DNA from: Sulfuricurvum sp. | GTDB taxonomy: Bacteria > Campylobacterota > Campylobacteria > Campylobacterales > Sulfurimonadaceae | Length of the DNA: 64,000 bases | Direction: 5' to 3' | NCBI GenBank assembly: GCA_030692765.1 | Contig: JAUYUB010000004.1 | Location: 55,391 to 119,390, forward strand | Shown: positions 40,352 through 50,650 of the stretch, one piece after another | Layout of the letters: each line of letters opens with the position of its first letter | How positions within the stretch are numbered: the stretch's first letter is position 1 | Program-made: the position numbers and the translations under genes | The notes under the pieces: model-generated | Database searches by the model: none | Told to the model about the DNA's origin: nothing | The model's input: only the letters and a program-made list of their open reading frames with translations

Positions 40352-41805
40352 TATATTATCGGCATTGAAACATTTTCAACACCTTCATCTATATTCATCG
40401 TTGCTGGTTTCATATCAATACTTTCGTACACAATCTGTGCCGCACCAAACGTCGGCTTATCCACAAAACGGGTAAACTTTTTTTGGAACATCAGCTTGAC
40501 GTGCCCGGTTGGACCGTTACGCTGTTTACCGATAATGATCTCGGCCTCCTCTTCCTCTTTTTCGACGTATTTGGAGATAAACTCTTTACCCGAGGCGATA
40601 GCGTCTTTTTCCCGCTCTTTTTCCTCTTTGTAGAGGTACACATCGTTGCGGTAAACGAAAAGAATGATATCGGCATCCTGCTCAATCGATCCAGATTCAC
40701 GAATATCACTGAGCATCGGGCGCTTATCGGAGCGTGATTCCAGTGAACGGTTCAACTGAGAGAGGGCAACAATCGGGATCTCCAACTCACGCGCCAACAT
40801 TTTAAGCCCGCGAGATATTTCACTCACCTCTAGGTGGCGGTCTTTCCCACCAACTCCGCTCATTATCTGGAGATAGTCGATGACTGCAAGTTCAATCTCC
40901 GGATGACGGCTTTTGAGCTTTCGCAGCTTGGAGCGCAGCTGATTGATGTTTAACGAACCGTGATCGTCCACAAAAAGTTTACTGTGTTTCATTTTATCCA
41001 CGGCATCGTTGAGTCGTTTATACTCCTCAGGATTCATATCTCCCAAACGCAAACGCTGAAGCTGAATAGAGGTCTGAACACTCAAAAGTCTTAGCATCAA
41101 TTGTTCAGCAGGCATCTCAAGGGAGAAAAAAGCGACCCCTTTTCCTTTTTCAAGCAAGTTTTGGATCATATTGAGGGCAAACGATGTTTTTCCCATCGCA
41201 GGACGCGCCGCAACGATGACCAAATCCCCTTTTCCAAATCCGGTCGTCATCTTATTGAGCTCAGCAAACCCCGTATCAACACCGACCAAAACAGCATCTC
41301 CACGTTCACGCATCTCTTGGATATAGGCCATCGTATCTTCGGTGATTTTTGGAGCATCTTTGAAATCGGTAGCTTGTGAGCTTTGTGTAATCTCATAGAG
41401 CTTTTTTTCCACCAAATCGACCACATCGGCACCGCAGAGATCTTCACTCATCGTGACACGTTTGATCTCTGTGGTAAGCGTTAGCAAATGACGTTTCATT
41501 GCCTTGTCTTTGATCTCTTGGACATAGGCGGTAGTGTTGGAGATTGGATTGGCGGTGAGGATATCCACCATAACGCGTTCATCAAACTTTTGACGACCGG
41601 TCAGCTCTTTTTTGACAAACTCTTCATCAATAGGGAGATCACGATGAGCAAGCGAGAGCATTGAGCGAAAAATCTCTTGATGCGCTGCGAGATAAAAATC
41701 TTCAGGCGTTAAGACCGCTTCAAACTCATCAAACTGTGCAGGATCAAAAATAATGGAGCTTAAAACACAACGTTCAAAGGCTAAATTATAAAGCGATTCT
41801 TCCAC
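40351..41805 (-). CDS. dnaB: Replicative DNA helicase
   Basis: ARPAMGKT, FFSLEM, IDYLQ, LSQLNR, RESGSIEQDAD. Confidence 0.97.
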   Translation of the reverse strand: MEESLYNLAFERCVLSSIIFDPAQFDEFEAVLTPEDFYLAAHQEIFRSMLSLAHRDLPIDEEFVKKELTGRQKFDERVMVDILTANPISNTTAYVQEIKDKAMKRHLLTLTTEIKRVTMSEDLCGADVVDLVEKKLYEITQSSQATDFKDAPKITEDTMAYIQEMRERGDAVLVGVDTGFAELNKMTTGFGKGDLVIVAARPAMGKTSFALNMIQNLLEKGKGVAFFSLEMPAEQLMLRLLSVQTSIQLQRLRLGDMNPEEYKRLNDAVDKMKHSKLFVDDHGSLNINQLRSKLRKLKSRHPEIELAVIDYLQIMSGVGGKDRHLEVSEISRGLKMLARELEIPIVALSQLNRSLESRSDKRPMLSDIRESGSIEQDADIILFVYRNDVYLYKEEKEREKDAIASGKEFISKYVEKEEEEAEIIIGKQRNGPTGHVKLMFQKKFTRFVDKPTFGAAQIVYESIDMKPATMNIDEGVENVSMPII

Positions 41806-41806
41806 T

Positions 41807-42868
41807 TTAATCCTCTTCCTCGGCCATTTTTTCGACCTCTGCTACAAAACGGTCTACCAGCTCAGCTTCATCCAGACGCGCAACCACTTCCCCTTTGACC
41901 ATAACCAAACCTGAACCTTTGCCGTACGCGATCGCCACATCGGCATGTTTCGCCTCGCCGATGGCATTGACGACACATCCCATGACCGAAATATCCAGCG
42001 GTTTTTTGATGTGTTTTGTCCTCTCTTCGATCACTGCCACTGCAGAAACCAAATCCGCTTCGATACGTCCGCACGTAGGACAGGAGATGATATTCACCCC
42101 ATCTTTTGCCGCACCGCTGTCTTTGAGTATCGCACGCCCTACCTTGATCTCTTCTTCGAGTTCTCCCGTGATCGAAACACGCATTGTGTCACCGATACCA
42201 TCGAGCAAGAGTGCCCCAATACCGATAGCACTCTTGATCGTAGCGTGAAAAATCGTCCCCGCTTCCGTCACACCCAGATGAAACGGATAGTGGTTTTTTG
42301 GACGCAACATCCGATAGGCTTCTACTGTACGCTGTACATCACTGGCTTTGAGAGAGACTTTAATATCGGTAAATCCTAAGTCTTCGAGGAATTTGATGTT
42401 GTATTCTGCCGAAGCCACCATACCCTCAGCCGTTTGTCCGTAGCGCTGCTCAAACTCTTTTTCCAAACTTCCTGCATTCACTCCGATACGAATAGGGATG
42501 TTACGTTCCTGACACGCTTTAACGATCTCTTTAATACGCGATTTTTCACCGATATTTCCAGGATTAAAACGGATACAGTCCACCACTTCGGCAGCAATGA
42601 GGGCGAGTTTGTAGTTGAAATGGATATCCGCGACCAAGGGAAGTGAAATCTGCTCTTTGATCGCTTTAAGCGCACGGGCATCTTCCTCCTCAGGTACTGC
42701 AACACGGACAATGTCACATCCTGCAAAATGAAGACGATTGATCTGCTCAACCGTTGCATACACATCTGATGTACGTGAATAGGTCATCGATTGTACGGAT
42801 ATCGGCGCATCTCCACCGATAGCGACATTTCCGACGTAGATTTTTTTGGTAGGGTATCGTGTTATCAT
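41807..42868 (-). CDS. ispG: 4-hydroxy-3-methylbut-2-en-1-yl diphosphate synthase
   Basis: [31 protein letters not shown]. Confidence 0.97.
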   Translation of the reverse strand: MITRYPTKKIYVGNVAIGGDAPISVQSMTYSRTSDVYATVEQINRLHFAGCDIVRVAVPEEEDARALKAIKEQISLPLVADIHFNYKLALIAAEVVDCIRFNPGNIGEKSRIKEIVKACQERNIPIRIGVNAGSLEKEFEQRYGQTAEGMVASAEYNIKFLEDLGFTDIKVSLKASDVQRTVEAYRMLRPKNHYPFHLGVTEAGTIFHATIKSAIGIGALLLDGIGDTMRVSITGELEEEIKVGRAILKDSGAAKDGVNIISCPTCGRIEADLVSAVAVIEERTKHIKKPLDISVMGCVVNAIGEAKHADVAIAYGKGSGLVMVKGEVVARLDEAELVDRFVAEVEKMAEEED

Positions 42869-42898
42869 AGGGTGATTGTAGCTTGTTGGATGTTAATT

Positions 42899-44746
42899 TT
42901 ACGTAAACTCTATAGGGTCCATGTCAATCTCACATAGTGGTGACTTAACCAGCTTGATTGCACGGATAAGTTCGGTACTTTTATCACTGCGCAGTAAGAT
43001 TTGAAAGCGATATTTACCTCCGATTTTTTCGATAGGTGACGCCCCAAATCCTACAACTTCGATCGTAGCTATAGTACTTAATCGCCCACTGGCTTCTTCC
43101 ATAACTTCTTTTGCTTTTAGTCCATTTGTATGAGAAAACAATAGCCTTGCCAATTTTTTGTACGGCGGATATTTACCTTCTCGTAAACGCAGTTCATTTT
43201 GTAAAAAGAGCTCATAATCATCCAAGTATTCTCTAAAAAAAGATTCATTAAAACTCTGTACAATGACCGTAGAATCCTCTTTTCGCCCGCTGCGTCCGGC
43301 GATTTGTATGAGTAAAGAGAGCGCTTTTTCTCGTGCGCGGTAATCGGCTTGCGCAAGCAGATTATCAATCCCCATCACTACTGCGAGAGTAATATCATGA
43401 TAATCATGCCCTTTTGAAAGCATCTGCGTCCCTACAAGCAAATCGATTTCTCGGTTATTAAAGGCTTTTAGCGTTTTGATCAGTTTATTTTGCGTCGTGA
43501 TCACATCACGGTCAAACTGCACTACCTTCATCCCATCTGCAATCGTGCCTAAATGCTCAACTGCTTCTGCTGTTCCCAACCTCGAATTGGTGAGTTTTGA
43601 ACTTTGACATTTAGGACATAGACGGGGCAACACTTCCGTATAATTACAATAGTGGCATTTCAATGCTTTGGCATTGCGGTGCAAACTCATCCCCACACTG
43701 CAAAATGGACATTCTATCGTGTAGCCGCAACTGTCACATATCATGTACTTAAAATTCGCCCGTGTAGGGATAAACACGATTCCCTGATGTTCTTGTTGAT
43801 AGTTTTTCACAATTGTCTGGTCGATAAAGGGGGTCAATGCCTCAACCGAGGGCTCAAACACAAATGTGCGCTTGGACGTATAATATCCACCGCGAAGACG
43901 GAAATAGGGATATTTAGCATAACTGGACAAGCTGGGTGTCGCACTGCCTAATACGACAGGAATATTAAGCAAACTACCCACATAAACCGCCATATCACGT
44001 GCATGGTAGCGAGGTCGTGAAGAGGATTTATAGCTTTCGTCATGCTCTTCATCCACGACAATAATGCCTAAATCTTTAAGCGGTAAAAACAGTGCCGATC
44101 TGGGACCCGCAACGATACGGGCAGTACCATCGTAAATTTTTACCAACGTTATTTTCTTTTGCTTAGGTGTCATCTTCGAGTGCCACAGCACAAACACATC
44201 CCCAAAGTGACGTTTGAAACGCTCCTCCATCTGAGGAGTGAGGGAGATTTCAGGCAGTAGGAGCAGAGCCCGCTTCCCCTCACTAAGTATTTCATCCATA
44301 CGTTTCATATAGATTTCACTTTTCCCTGCACCGGTATCACCAAATAATAGAGATACGGGATGTGTTCGGATAAAATCCAAGGCTTTATTTTGTTGCGAAG
44401 AGAGGATAATATCAACAGTAGTTTGATTTATTAAAAACTCACTGCTAATTTCTTTAATTTCATAGGGCACACATAGATTAAGTGATTCCCCAAGATAACA
44501 TCCATAATACTCTGCCATAAACTGTGCCATTTTAATTTGAGTGGAAGAAAAAGAAAAAGGAAGTGATGCAATAATTAGTTGGGTTTTAAACGCAGGCTTA
44601 TCTACTCCCTCTATAACCACACCTTTCATTTCTCGCTTGCCAAGCGTAACCGAAACTTGTATGCCTATATCTAAAAGGGTATCACTATGATAGGTTAATA
44701 ATTCAAGAGGGGAGCCCAACAGGGCTATTTGATAGAAATAGTTCAG
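42899..44746 (-). CDS. priA: Primosomal protein N'
   Basis: GDTGAGKS, DEEH, four CxxC motifs, QIAGRSGR. The ORF track starts at TTG 44719, but the frame extends to CTG 44746 (see findings). Confidence 0.95.
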   Translation of the reverse strand: MNYFYQIALLGSPLELLTYHSDTLLDIGIQVSVTLGKREMKGVVIEGVDKPAFKTQLIIASLPFSFSSTQIKMAQFMAEYYGCYLGESLNLCVPYEIKEISSEFLINQTTVDIILSSQQNKALDFIRTHPVSLLFGDTGAGKSEIYMKRMDEILSEGKRALLLLPEISLTPQMEERFKRHFGDVFVLWHSKMTPKQKKITLVKIYDGTARIVAGPRSALFLPLKDLGIIVVDEEHDESYKSSSRPRYHARDMAVYVGSLLNIPVVLGSATPSLSSYAKYPYFRLRGGYYTSKRTFVFEPSVEALTPFIDQTIVKNYQQEHQGIVFIPTRANFKYMICDSCGYTIECPFCSVGMSLHRNAKALKCHYCNYTEVLPRLCPKCQSSKLTNSRLGTAEAVEHLGTIADGMKVVQFDRDVITTQNKLIKTLKAFNNREIDLLVGTQMLSKGHDYHDITLAVVMGIDNLLAQADYRAREKALSLLIQIAGRSGRKEDSTVIVQSFNESFFREYLDDYELFLQNELRLREGKYPPYKKLARLLFSHTNGLKAKEVMEEASGRLSTIATIEVVGFGASPIEKIGGKYRFQILLRSDKSTELIRAIKLVKSPLCEIDMDPIEFT

Positions 44747-44749
44747 ATG

Positions 44750-45211
44750 CTACTCTGTTAACTTTTTACAGCCAGCATTTGTATGTGTACAATCAAAAGT
44801 TCCATTAGCCTGCGTGTAGGTAAATGTAACATCGGTATTCAAAACTTTATACTTATAAGTACACACATTCGGAGCAGCACCTGTACAATTACCAGAATGC
44901 CAATGGCCATTTTTGTCTTCAGATATTATCCCGTATTGCAATAGTTTATGTGTCGCATCAACACCATCAAACAGCACGCCACTGGTCAATCCGTGCAAAG
45001 CTGAGACATACGTACTCTCACCTTTTAGCAAACGCGTCTGCCGCTCACTCACAATAGCCGATCGGATCGCTGCAACGTCGCTACGTCCTTTGGCGATTTG
45101 CGCATCATCCCGTGTTGCTGCGAAACGCGGAATCGCAACTGCTGCTAAAATCCCTAAAATAACAATAACAAAGACCAATTCTATCATTGTAAAAGCAGTT
45201 CGTTTCATCAT
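44750..45211 (-). CDS. Type II/IV prepilin-like protein
   Basis: KRTA|FTMIELVFVIVILGILAAVAIP class III signal; Cys pairs. Confidence 0.92.
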   Translation of the reverse strand: MMKRTAFTMIELVFVIVILGILAAVAIPRFAATRDDAQIAKGRSDVAAIRSAIVSERQTRLLKGESTYVSALHGLTSGVLFDGVDATHKLLQYGIISEDKNGHWHSGNCTGAAPNVCTYKYKVLNTDVTFTYTQANGTFDCTHTNAGCKKLTE

Positions 45212-45306
45212 CTAATCCTATTGCGCTGAGTTCTATGATTACCTCGTAATCCCAAAAATCAATTCAATCTATAAAATCATACCACCGGAAGGTGATATAA
45301 TAGAAC

Positions 45307-45789
45307 TTATTGAACGACGCTTGTTCCGCCAAATGTAGCATTCTTATCTGCATTATTAGCGCCAAGAATGTTTGCTTTGACAGCAGCAGCTTGGACAGCT
45401 TTGCATTGTGTACTCGTTCCAGCACCTGCAGATACAATCATCGTTCCATCAGCAACTGCAACTGTTTGCGGCTTGAATATAATACAGACATTAGTACCAT
45501 CTGTAAGATTCAATGTTGCCCCAGCAACTGCTGTTGTTGTGGCAGTAGGAGCTGCTGATGTTCCAAATCCAACATTAGTCACATCCGCTAATGTAGCCGT
45601 ACCAAATGTCCCTTTAGATGTATAGTAAGATCCCAAATCTGAGACAAACGTTGCCATATCAGAAGCACTTTTTGCAATTTTTGCATCATCACGTGTTGCT
45701 GCAAGTTTAGGAATGGCAACTGCTGCCAAAATACCAAGAATAACGATAACGAAGATCAACTCGATCATAGTAAAACCAGAACGTTTCAT
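45307..45789 (-). CDS. Type II/IV prepilin (probable major subunit)
   Basis: KRSG|FTMIELIFVIVILGILAAVAIP, Ala/Thr-rich body, Cys pair, strong SD AAGGAG. Confidence 0.92.
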   Translation of the reverse strand: MKRSGFTMIELIFVIVILGILAAVAIPKLAATRDDAKIAKSASDMATFVSDLGSYYTSKGTFGTATLADVTNVGFGTSAAPTATTTAVAGATLNLTDGTNVCIIFKPQTVAVADGTMIVSAGAGTSTQCKAVQAAAVKANILGANNADKNATFGGTSVVQ

Positions 45790-46042
45790 GGCTTACTCCT
45801 TATATGTAGAAAAAGTAGTTACACTCGTAACTCTGCCAACATTATGTTCCTATTAATCTTAAATAACCATTAAGAACTTTAACTATCTCTCTTTAGAGTA
45901 AAAGTACAAATAATCTGCTGCTGGATTAATAATTCACTACTTTAATTCTCGTTTATATTTTAAAGGCGTATAATTCGCGCCATATTGTCACTACAACCTT
46001 TTACAGGTGCAGTGTATTGAGACATAAAGGGACAGCAATACC

Positions 46043-47626
46043 ATGATATCCGCAGAGATTGAAACGCTAGGGATTAAAAACGCTCAAGAGATTTTCCATA
46101 ATCTGAGCTTTGATGAGTTGATCGAACATGAGTTGCGAAACGGCGAGTGCGCCCTAACCACCAGTGGTGCTACAACCGTTGATACGGGTATTTTCACGGG
46201 TCGAAGTCCTAAAGATAAATATTTTGTCAATGAAGACCCTTCCAACAAATACATCGCATGGGGTGACGTTAACAAACCCATCGATAAAGGCATCTTTGAT
46301 GAATTACTAGAAGTAGCCCGCCAGCAGCTCTCCAATAAATCCCTTTATATCACCGATGTTTACTGCGGTGCAAGTGATGAAAGTAAACGATCTGTCCGTT
46401 TTGTCTCTGAGATCGCTTGGCAATCTCATTTTGTTAAAAATATGTTTATACGTCCCACCAGCAATGAGCTCACTACCTTCAAACCTCAATTCACCGTTCT
46501 TAATGCGTGTAAAGCAAGCAACGATAAGTGGAAAAATCATGGTCTGAATTCAGAAGTCTTTGTCCTCTTTAATATAGAAGAGAATTTATGTATCATCGGT
46601 GGTACGTGGTACGGCGGAGAAATGAAAAAAGGGATTTTCTCCATGATGAACTACTGGCTTCCTCTCGAGGGGAAACTGGCAATGCACTGTTCTGCCAATG
46701 TTGGGCCAGCAGGCGATACGTGTTTGTTCTTTGGTCTTAGCGGTACAGGAAAAACAACCCTTTCTACGGATCCTGAGCGTGCACTTATCGGTGATGATGA
46801 ACACGGTTGGGATGATAAGGGTGTCTTTAACTTTGAGGGCGGATGTTATGCGAAAGTAATCAATCTTGATCCTTCAAGCGAGCCTGAAATCCATGCTGCT
46901 ATTCGTAAAAATGCATTATTAGAGAACGTTGTATATGATGAAGATGGTTTAGTTAACTACAATGACGGCTCAAAAACAGAAAACACCCGTGTTTCTTACC
47001 CGATCGAGCATATTGAGAATCACCAATCATCTCTCCAAGCCGATCATCCAAAAAACATTATATTCCTCTCTGCTGATGCATTCGGGGTTCTTCCTCCGGT
47101 GAGTAAGCTCTCAAAAGAACAGGCAATGTACTATTTCCTCAGCGGCTATACGGCAAAAGTTGCGGGAACAGAGCGTGGTATTACCGAGCCTGTCGCAACA
47201 TTCAGTTCATGTTTTGGTGAAGCATTCTTGCCATTACACCCGACGGTCTATGCAAAACTCTTGGGTGAAAAAATTGATAAGCATAACGTGAATGTCTATT
47301 TGGTGAACACAGGATGGACAGGAGGTGCTTATGGTGTCGGAAAACGTATGAGTATCAAAGATACCCGTTCATGCATCCGTGCTATCTTGGATGGTTCGAT
47401 CAATGAAAGTGAATTCCAGACTACCAACACCTTTAGATTCAACATTCCCTTAACACTCAAAGGAGTTGACTCAAATATTCTTAACCCTCGTAATGCATGG
47501 GCTGATAAAGAAGCGTATCTTGTAGAACGTGACTATTTAGCGGGAATGTTTATCAAAAATTTTGAAAAATACAATGGACAAGACGGATTTGATTTCTCTG
47601 CTGCAGGTCCGAGAGTAATTGACTAA
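46043..47626 (+). CDS. pckA: Phosphoenolpyruvate carboxykinase (ATP)
   Basis: [35 protein letters not shown]. Confidence 0.97.
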   Translation: MISAEIETLGIKNAQEIFHNLSFDELIEHELRNGECALTTSGATTVDTGIFTGRSPKDKYFVNEDPSNKYIAWGDVNKPIDKGIFDELLEVARQQLSNKSLYITDVYCGASDESKRSVRFVSEIAWQSHFVKNMFIRPTSNELTTFKPQFTVLNACKASNDKWKNHGLNSEVFVLFNIEENLCIIGGTWYGGEMKKGIFSMMNYWLPLEGKLAMHCSANVGPAGDTCLFFGLSGTGKTTLSTDPERALIGDDEHGWDDKGVFNFEGGCYAKVINLDPSSEPEIHAAIRKNALLENVVYDEDGLVNYNDGSKTENTRVSYPIEHIENHQSSLQADHPKNIIFLSADAFGVLPPVSKLSKEQAMYYFLSGYTAKVAGTERGITEPVATFSSCFGEAFLPLHPTVYAKLLGEKIDKHNVNVYLVNTGWTGGAYGVGKRMSIKDTRSCIRAILDGSINESEFQTTNTFRFNIPLTLKGVDSNILNPRNAWADKEAYLVERDYLAGMFIKNFEKYNGQDGFDFSAAGPRVID

Positions 47627-47638
47627 ATAACTGTTTGT

Positions 47639-47724
47639 GGTGAGCCTGTCGAACCCATAGATACCCTTTGACAAAACAAGGGTACCGCTCGCGAAGCGAT
47701 GTTTCCTCGAGCTCAGGGCGAACG
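47639..47724. repeat. REP-like composite palindromic element
   Basis: GGTGAGCCTGTCGAACC, TACCCTTTG-ACAAAA-CAAGGGTA, CGCTCGCGAAGCG and CCTCGAGCTCAGGGCGAACG between convergent genes. Confidence 0.6.
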
Positions 47725-47734
47725 TAAAATTATA

Positions 47735-48166
47735 TTACCAAGGAACTTCATCCGTTGCTACGTAGTTTTTCCCCGTACCGTCAAGGACATCTGAACACTC
47801 TTGCTGTGCCTCATCCGTTTTAAAGCTTCCGCAATCAATCTTATAAACCACTTTTCCCGTTACATGATCTAATGACATTGTGGCGTGAACTTGTCCGTCT
47901 TCCTTGTATTCATAGCTTTGGTTATTATCTGAAAGCTTCCACCCTTTTTTCTCCATCTCTGCCACTTTGCTTAATTCAATAACCTCGCTACCCTCTGATT
48001 TTAACTTCGTTGCCGATTTTGCCGCTTTGTGCGCACCACTGATGGTTGTTGCAATAACCGAATCAACCTGCGCAAGACGATATTGTAAATAAGCGATGTA
48101 GCCTAAGCCGGCTGCTACTAATAATGCGATTGCCAAACTGGCACGTGTGTAACCATAACGTTGCAT
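47735..48166 (-). CDS. Hypothetical protein, degenerate type IV pilin-like
   Basis: MQRYG|YTRASLAIALLVAAGLGYIAYLQY is in register with pilin alpha1-N; AQVxxxxxxxxSGA; C-terminal Cys pair. Confidence 0.6.
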   Translation of the reverse strand: MQRYGYTRASLAIALLVAAGLGYIAYLQYRLAQVDSVIATTISGAHKAAKSATKLKSEGSEVIELSKVAEMEKKGWKLSDNNQSYEYKEDGQVHATMSLDHVTGKVVYKIDCGSFKTDEAQQECSDVLDGTGKNYVATDEVPW

Positions 48167-48256
48167 ATGAACTTCCTTAGATTAAGTAATAGTAATTATT
48201 ATGCCTAAGATTTCTTAAAAATAGTGGACAATTGTCATAAAAAAGTAAGATTTAAA

Positions 48257-48274
48257 TTCCCGCAAGGGCGGGAA
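48257..48274 (-). terminator. glnA intrinsic terminator
   Basis: TTCCCGC-AAGG-GCGGGAA hairpin 16 nt after the glnA stop, followed by an AT-rich run on the minus strand. Confidence 0.7.
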
Positions 48275-48290
48275 GTAAAGAAGTGTTAGA

Positions 48291-49721
48291 TTAGCAAGAG
48301 TAAGTAGAAATAAACTCAAATGCTGTTGGACGTGCTTCGTCAGGCCAAACTTGTGTTTCAAATTTGTAGTGCTGATACGTATCGATAAATAATTGACTCA
48401 TTACTGGTTTCAAGAACTCGTTATCGCGGATAAGTGATTCCAATGAACCACGTAGCGTGTGTGGCATTTGTGGAATACCTTTTTCACGGATCTCATCGAG
48501 GCTGAGTTCAAACAAATCTTCATCCATTGGTCCAATCGGAACCGTTTTGTTTTTGATACCGTCAAGTCCTGCTAGCAACATAGCCGTAAACGCAAGGTAT
48601 GGGCATGAAGTTGAATCTGGGAAACGCATCTCAATACGTGTTGCTTTTTCACCAGCACCATATGGTACGCGGCAAGATGCTGAACGGTTTTGGCTTGAAT
48701 ACGTCAAAATTGATGGCGCTTCAAATCCTGGGATAAGACGCTTGTATGAATTGGTTGACGGATTTGTAAATGCTGCGATAGCGCGTGCGTGTGCAAAAAC
48801 ACCACCCACGTAGTGAAGCGCTGTTTCAGACAAGTTGCTGTAACCACCCTCTTTGTAGAATGTATTTTTACCGTCTTTCCAGATCGACTGGTGAACGTGC
48901 ATACCGCTACCGTTGTCACCGTAAAGTGGTTTTGGCATAAAGGTTACTGTCTTGCCATTGAGGTGAGCTACCATTTTGATAACGTATTTAAGTTTTTGTA
49001 CGTTGTCTGCTGCGTTTACAAGCGTATCAAATACGATACCGATTTCGCCTTGACCCTGTGCTACTTCGTGGTGACCCAAGATAACTTCAAGACCAACTTG
49101 CTCTAGTACCAACATCATCTCTGCACGTAAATCAACCATAGTATCGATTGGAGCTACTGGGAAGTAACCGCCTTTATTACGTGGGCGGTGACCTGTGTTG
49201 TAACCGTCTGGGAATGATTTTGAATCGTTCCATGAACCCTCTTCAGTATCTACTTCATAATATGAACAGTTTACTTCATCACGGATTTTGACATCATCAA
49301 ATACGAAAAATTCATTTTCAGGACCGAAATACGCAACATCGCCCACACCTGCATTCGCAAGGTGCTCTAACGCTTTTTTAGCGATAGAACGTGGACATTT
49401 CTCGTACAATTCACCTTTATAGATGTCAAAAACATCACAGAAAACGATAATGGTCGGATCAGCCGTAAACGGGTCCATAAATGCAGATTGCGCATCCGGT
49501 TTCAATAACATGTCTGATTTGTTAATCGGCTGCCATGCGTCGATAGAAGAACCGTCAAATGGCAAACCACCTTCAAATTGACCTGCATTAACTGCACTGT
49601 AACGGTAGGTAACATGATGCCATGTCCCTTTCATATCTGTGAATCGAAAATCTACGAACTGAACATCGTTCTCTTTACAAAAACTAAAAAACTCGTCGAC
49701 GCTGTTTACAAACTTACCCAT
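48291..49721 (-). CDS. glnA: Glutamine synthetase type I
   Basis: FDGSSI, GPENEFF, HHEVA, FMPKP...[16 protein letters not shown]. Confidence 0.98.
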   Translation of the reverse strand: MGKFVNSVDEFFSFCKENDVQFVDFRFTDMKGTWHHVTYRYSAVNAGQFEGGLPFDGSSIDAWQPINKSDMLLKPDAQSAFMDPFTADPTIIVFCDVFDIYKGELYEKCPRSIAKKALEHLANAGVGDVAYFGPENEFFVFDDVKIRDEVNCSYYEVDTEEGSWNDSKSFPDGYNTGHRPRNKGGYFPVAPIDTMVDLRAEMMLVLEQVGLEVILGHHEVAQGQGEIGIVFDTLVNAADNVQKLKYVIKMVAHLNGKTVTFMPKPLYGDNGSGMHVHQSIWKDGKNTFYKEGGYSNLSETALHYVGGVFAHARAIAAFTNPSTNSYKRLIPGFEAPSILTYSSQNRSASCRVPYGAGEKATRIEMRFPDSTSCPYLAFTAMLLAGLDGIKNKTVPIGPMDEDLFELSLDEIREKGIPQMPHTLRGSLESLIRDNEFLKPVMSQLFIDTYQHYKFETQVWPDEARPTAFEFISTYSC

Positions 49722-49797
49722 ACGGATCTCCTGATACTGTAATTATATAGTTCAAAAAGTATAGCGAATTTAACGTTAAATCCATGAAAGTTAGTGC

Positions 49798-50577
49798 CTA
49801 AAATTTAATCATTGTCCGTTCTTTGTTTCGGTATAACGCACATTCGTTATATCCGAATTTCCGTGCGAGTGCTTCTATCTCATCACTAAACATTCCTACC
49901 TGATCACTTCTATGGGCATCCGAGCCAAAAGTAATCGGTATATCAAAACTGGCGATCTCTTCAAGCAGTCCATCGGAGGGGTAGGCCTCTTTGACAGGTT
50001 TTCGCAAGCCTGACATGTTGATTTCAATCGTCATATCCGCTTTTTTGATCGCTTTGAGGGCATCTTGAGCCAAAAGACGAATATCCGTTTTTGGAAAAAA
50101 ATTAAACACTTTTAGCAGATCAAAATGACCGACGATGTTAAATTTTCCCAATTTTGCCATCTCTTCTACAAGTGAAAAATAACGGATATAGATCTCATCC
50201 ATATTAATATCGTTATAGTATCCTATGAATTCAGGATTATCAAACCCCCATTCATCAATAAAGTGGACCGAACCGATCAAATAATCACATGGACGTTTTA
50301 AAACGCGCTCATCAAGATGGCCAGGAAGATAATCGACTTCATAACCCAATAAAACGGTGATCTGATCACGATAGCGCTCTTTTGCTTGGTGTACCCAGCT
50401 CTCATACTGCTGCATCTCTTCGAATTTCATTCGATATTCAGGGTCAAATGTCATTGGAGCATGATCGGAAAAACCAAAATACTGTGTACCGCATGCAATT
50501 GCAGCTTCCACGTACTCATTAACGCTTCCTGTTGCGTGATTACACAGTATGGTGTGATTGTGAAGGTCAACTTGCAT
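49798..50577 (-). CDS. PHP-family histidinol-phosphatase (HisJ/HisK type)
   Basis: DLHNHT..CNHA, SDHAP, GSVH, GHFD, GSDAH. Confidence 0.9.
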   Translation of the reverse strand: MQVDLHNHTILCNHATGSVNEYVEAAIACGTQYFGFSDHAPMTFDPEYRMKFEEMQQYESWVHQAKERYRDQITVLLGYEVDYLPGHLDERVLKRPCDYLIGSVHFIDEWGFDNPEFIGYYNDINMDEIYIRYFSLVEEMAKLGKFNIVGHFDLLKVFNFFPKTDIRLLAQDALKAIKKADMTIEINMSGLRKPVKEAYPSDGLLEEIASFDIPITFGSDAHRSDQVGMFSDEIEALARKFGYNECALYRNKERTMIKF

Positions 50578-50650
50578 GTAATTTCCTATTGAAAATAATC
50601 ATATTCATGATATTATAGTGCAATATTTCGCAACCTGAGGTACTAAGATT

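Noticed and set aside
40351-41805. Possible intein or insertion in DnaB (KEEKEREKDAIASGKEFISKYVEKEEE)
   Set aside because: There are no intein splice motifs and the length is normal; it matches the known helical insertion of Campylobacterota DnaB
42899-45211. Stop-codon readthrough giving a prepilin-PriA fusion
   Set aside because: The frames are collinear, but a membrane pilin fused to a cytoplasmic helicase is implausible and no recoding signal is evident; a CTG start is simpler
45790-45870. sigma54 promoter upstream of the major prepilin (TAGGAACATAATGTTGGC)
   Set aside because: The GG-to-GC spacing is not 10 nt
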